Sequence record: SRR20825019_719
Strand: one strand, 5' to 3'
Length of the DNA stretch: 20,000 bases
Shown: positions 18,723 through 20,000 of the stretch, piece after piece
Layout: each line of letters starts with the position of its first letter
Numbering within the stretch: the first letter of the stretch is position 1
Program-made: the position numbers and the translations under genes
The notes under the pieces: model-generated
The model's input: the letters and a program-made list of their open reading frames with translations, nothing else
What the model was told of the DNA's origin: nothing
Database searches by the model: none

Positions 18723-19641
18723 TAACAAAAAGAATCCTAATGAAGTGTCTGATACCGGACACGAATGGGATGGTATCAGAGAACTGGAAAATCCCCCGCC
18801 ACGTTGGTGGACCAACGCCCTCTATCTGAGCGGTCTGTTGGTGGTGGTGTATTTCATCCTCTATCCTTCGCTGCCGCTGATTAATGAAAGCACCAAAGGT
18901 CTGTTGGGCTGGACCATGATCAAGGAGTACAAGGAGAACCTGGCCGAAGTCGAGGCGAAACGGGCACCGTTTGAGGAAAAACTGGTTGCCATGACTGCCG
19001 AAGAAATTCTGGCTGATCAGGATATGCGTAATTATGCGGTTGGTTCCAGCAAAGTGCTTTACGGTGATAACTGTGCTGCTTGTCATGGTACCGGCGGTAT
19101 TCCGGCAGCGGGGTCGGGTTATCCGGTTCTGGCTGACGATGACTGGCTCTATGGCGGTGACGTCAACACCATCGTTGAAACTTTGGCTAAAGGTCGCCAG
19201 GGCATGATGATGGCGCACAAAGATACGCTGAAACCGGAAGAAGTCGATGGTCTGGTTCAGTTCGTCATCAATGCGGCTGATGGTAAAGCCACGGAAGCCG
19301 GCTGGAAGCTGTTCAATGATAAAGGTTGTGTTGGTTGTCACGGTGCTGATGCAAAAGGTATCCATGCGCTGGGTTCAGCCAATCTGACCGATAAGATATG
19401 GCGTTTCTCCGGTGAGCCGGAAGAGATTCGTTACACCATTCTGCACGGGGTGAATGATCCGTCTGATCCGAAAACCCGTGTTGCAGTGATGCCTGCCTGG
19501 AACGAAAAACTGGCAGTGAAACTGGAAGCGCTGAAATGGGAAGAAGAGCCGGAATACGATGGCACTGAAACCCAACGTTTAACAGAAACTGAAATCAAAA
19601 AACTGGCTGTGTATGTTCACCAGTTTGGTGGTGGTCAGTAG
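18715..19641 (+). CDS. ccoP: cbb3-type cytochrome c oxidase subunit III (diheme)
   Basis: TGHEWDGIRELENPPPRWW, CAACH, CVGCH, DDDWLYGG and MPAW. RBS GGAG upstream. Confidence 0.96.
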   Translation: MADNKKNPNEVSDTGHEWDGIRELENPPPRWWTNALYLSGLLVVVYFILYPSLPLINESTKGLLGWTMIKEYKENLAEVEAKRAPFEEKLVAMTAEEILADQDMRNYAVGSSKVLYGDNCAACHGTGGIPAAGSGYPVLADDDWLYGGDVNTIVETLAKGRQGMMMAHKDTLKPEEVDGLVQFVINAADGKATEAGWKLFNDKGCVGCHGADAKGIHALGSANLTDKIWRFSGEPEEIRYTILHGVNDPSDPKTRVAVMPAWNEKLAVKLEALKWEEEPEYDGTETQRLTETEIKKLAVYVHQFGGGQ

Positions 19642-19651
19642 TAAAAGCAGA

Positions 19652-19676
19652 GTGGCCCTGATTTGAGCAGGGCCAC
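19652..19676 (+). other. Intercistronic stem-loop after ccoP
   Basis: GTGGCCCTG-ATTTGAG-CAGGGCCAC perfect 9-bp stem with no U-tract. Confidence 0.6.
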
Positions 19677-19700
19677 ATTAAATTCCGCAGGAGGAAGAAG

Positions 19701-19820
19701 ATGGGATTTGATGCAGTAGTGATTGGCTCAATTGCCAGTGTTGTTGTTGCCATTATTGTGGTTGGCGTGATTGCTTACAGAATCATGAAGCAAATGGGTG
19801 ACGACAACAAACAGGATTGA
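19701..19820 (+). CDS. 39-aa single-pass membrane protein, candidate CcoM-like cbb3 subunit
   Basis: MGFDAVVIGSIASVVVAIIVVGVIAYRIMKQMGDDNKQD. Strong RBS AGGAGG at 19689-19694. Lies between ccoP and the operon terminator and is below the ORF-track size cutoff. Confidence 0.8.
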   Translation: MGFDAVVIGSIASVVVAIIVVGVIAYRIMKQMGDDNKQD

Positions 19821-19837
19821 TCGTCAGATCAAGGATG

Positions 19838-19864
19838 AAAAGCCGGCCCGGTGTCGGCTTTTTT
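19838..19864 (+). terminator. Rho-independent (possibly bidirectional) terminator closing the cco transcript
   Basis: AAAAGCCGGC-CCGGT-GTCGGCTTTTTT. Confidence 0.8.
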
Positions 19865-19928
19865 ATCACAAACAAATATCAGAAAATACTAATATTTAAA
19901 TCACCATCCTGAAATGGCGGGTAAGCAG

Positions 19929-20000
19929 ATGTCAGATCAACAAGCCAATACAGTCAACGATAGCAATGCGATTTACGAAGAAGTCGCCGACTGGCACATC
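19929..20000 (+). CDS. ccoG: Probable 5' end of the cbb3 accessory protein CcoG (partial)
   Basis: Open frame MSDQQANTVNDSNAIYEEVADWHI running off the window. The assignment rests mainly on synteny, since ccoGHIS commonly follows ccoNOQP. Confidence 0.55.
   Translation, partial: MSDQQANTVNDSNAIYEEVADWHI

Noticed and set aside
19817-19832. TTGAT-N6-ATCAA palindrome upstream of ccoG resembling an FNR box
   Set aside because: The spacer is 6 nt rather than 4, and it lies upstream of the terminator, overlapping the small ORF stop codon. It is more likely a small hairpin.
1-20000. Mobile elements, CRISPR arrays, tRNA/rRNA genes, defence systems and programmed frameshifts
   Set aside because: No transposase or integrase, repeat-spacer array, cloverleaf or interrupted frame was seen by eye. 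Nearly all sequence is accounted for by intact genes.

Overview
Core-genome window of a gammaproteobacterium (Methylophaga/Thiotrichales-like by overall impression; taxonomy not verifiable here). From left to right: the 5' end of a Bcr/CflA efflux gene coupled to a MarR regulator (minus strand); a divergent FdhF/YdeP-family molybdopterin oxidoreductase with a strong sigma70 promoter and a long structured leader; prfC; a CBS-pair protein; a DUF3579-like protein (minus); a housekeeping run ileS-lspA-hisC-tyrA-aroA-cmk-rpsA-ihfB-Mth938-like; and an FNR-box-preceded cbb3 oxidase operon ccoNOQP. After ccoP come an unlisted 39-aa single-helix membrane ORF, a terminator and the probable start of ccoG. 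No mobile elements, CRISPR arrays, tRNA or rRNA genes were seen. The best leads are the 39-aa CcoM-like ORF inside the cco transcript, the possibly two-state RNA leader of the FdhF/YdeP gene, and the ileS-lspA/hisC operon fusion. None is proven novel without database searches.
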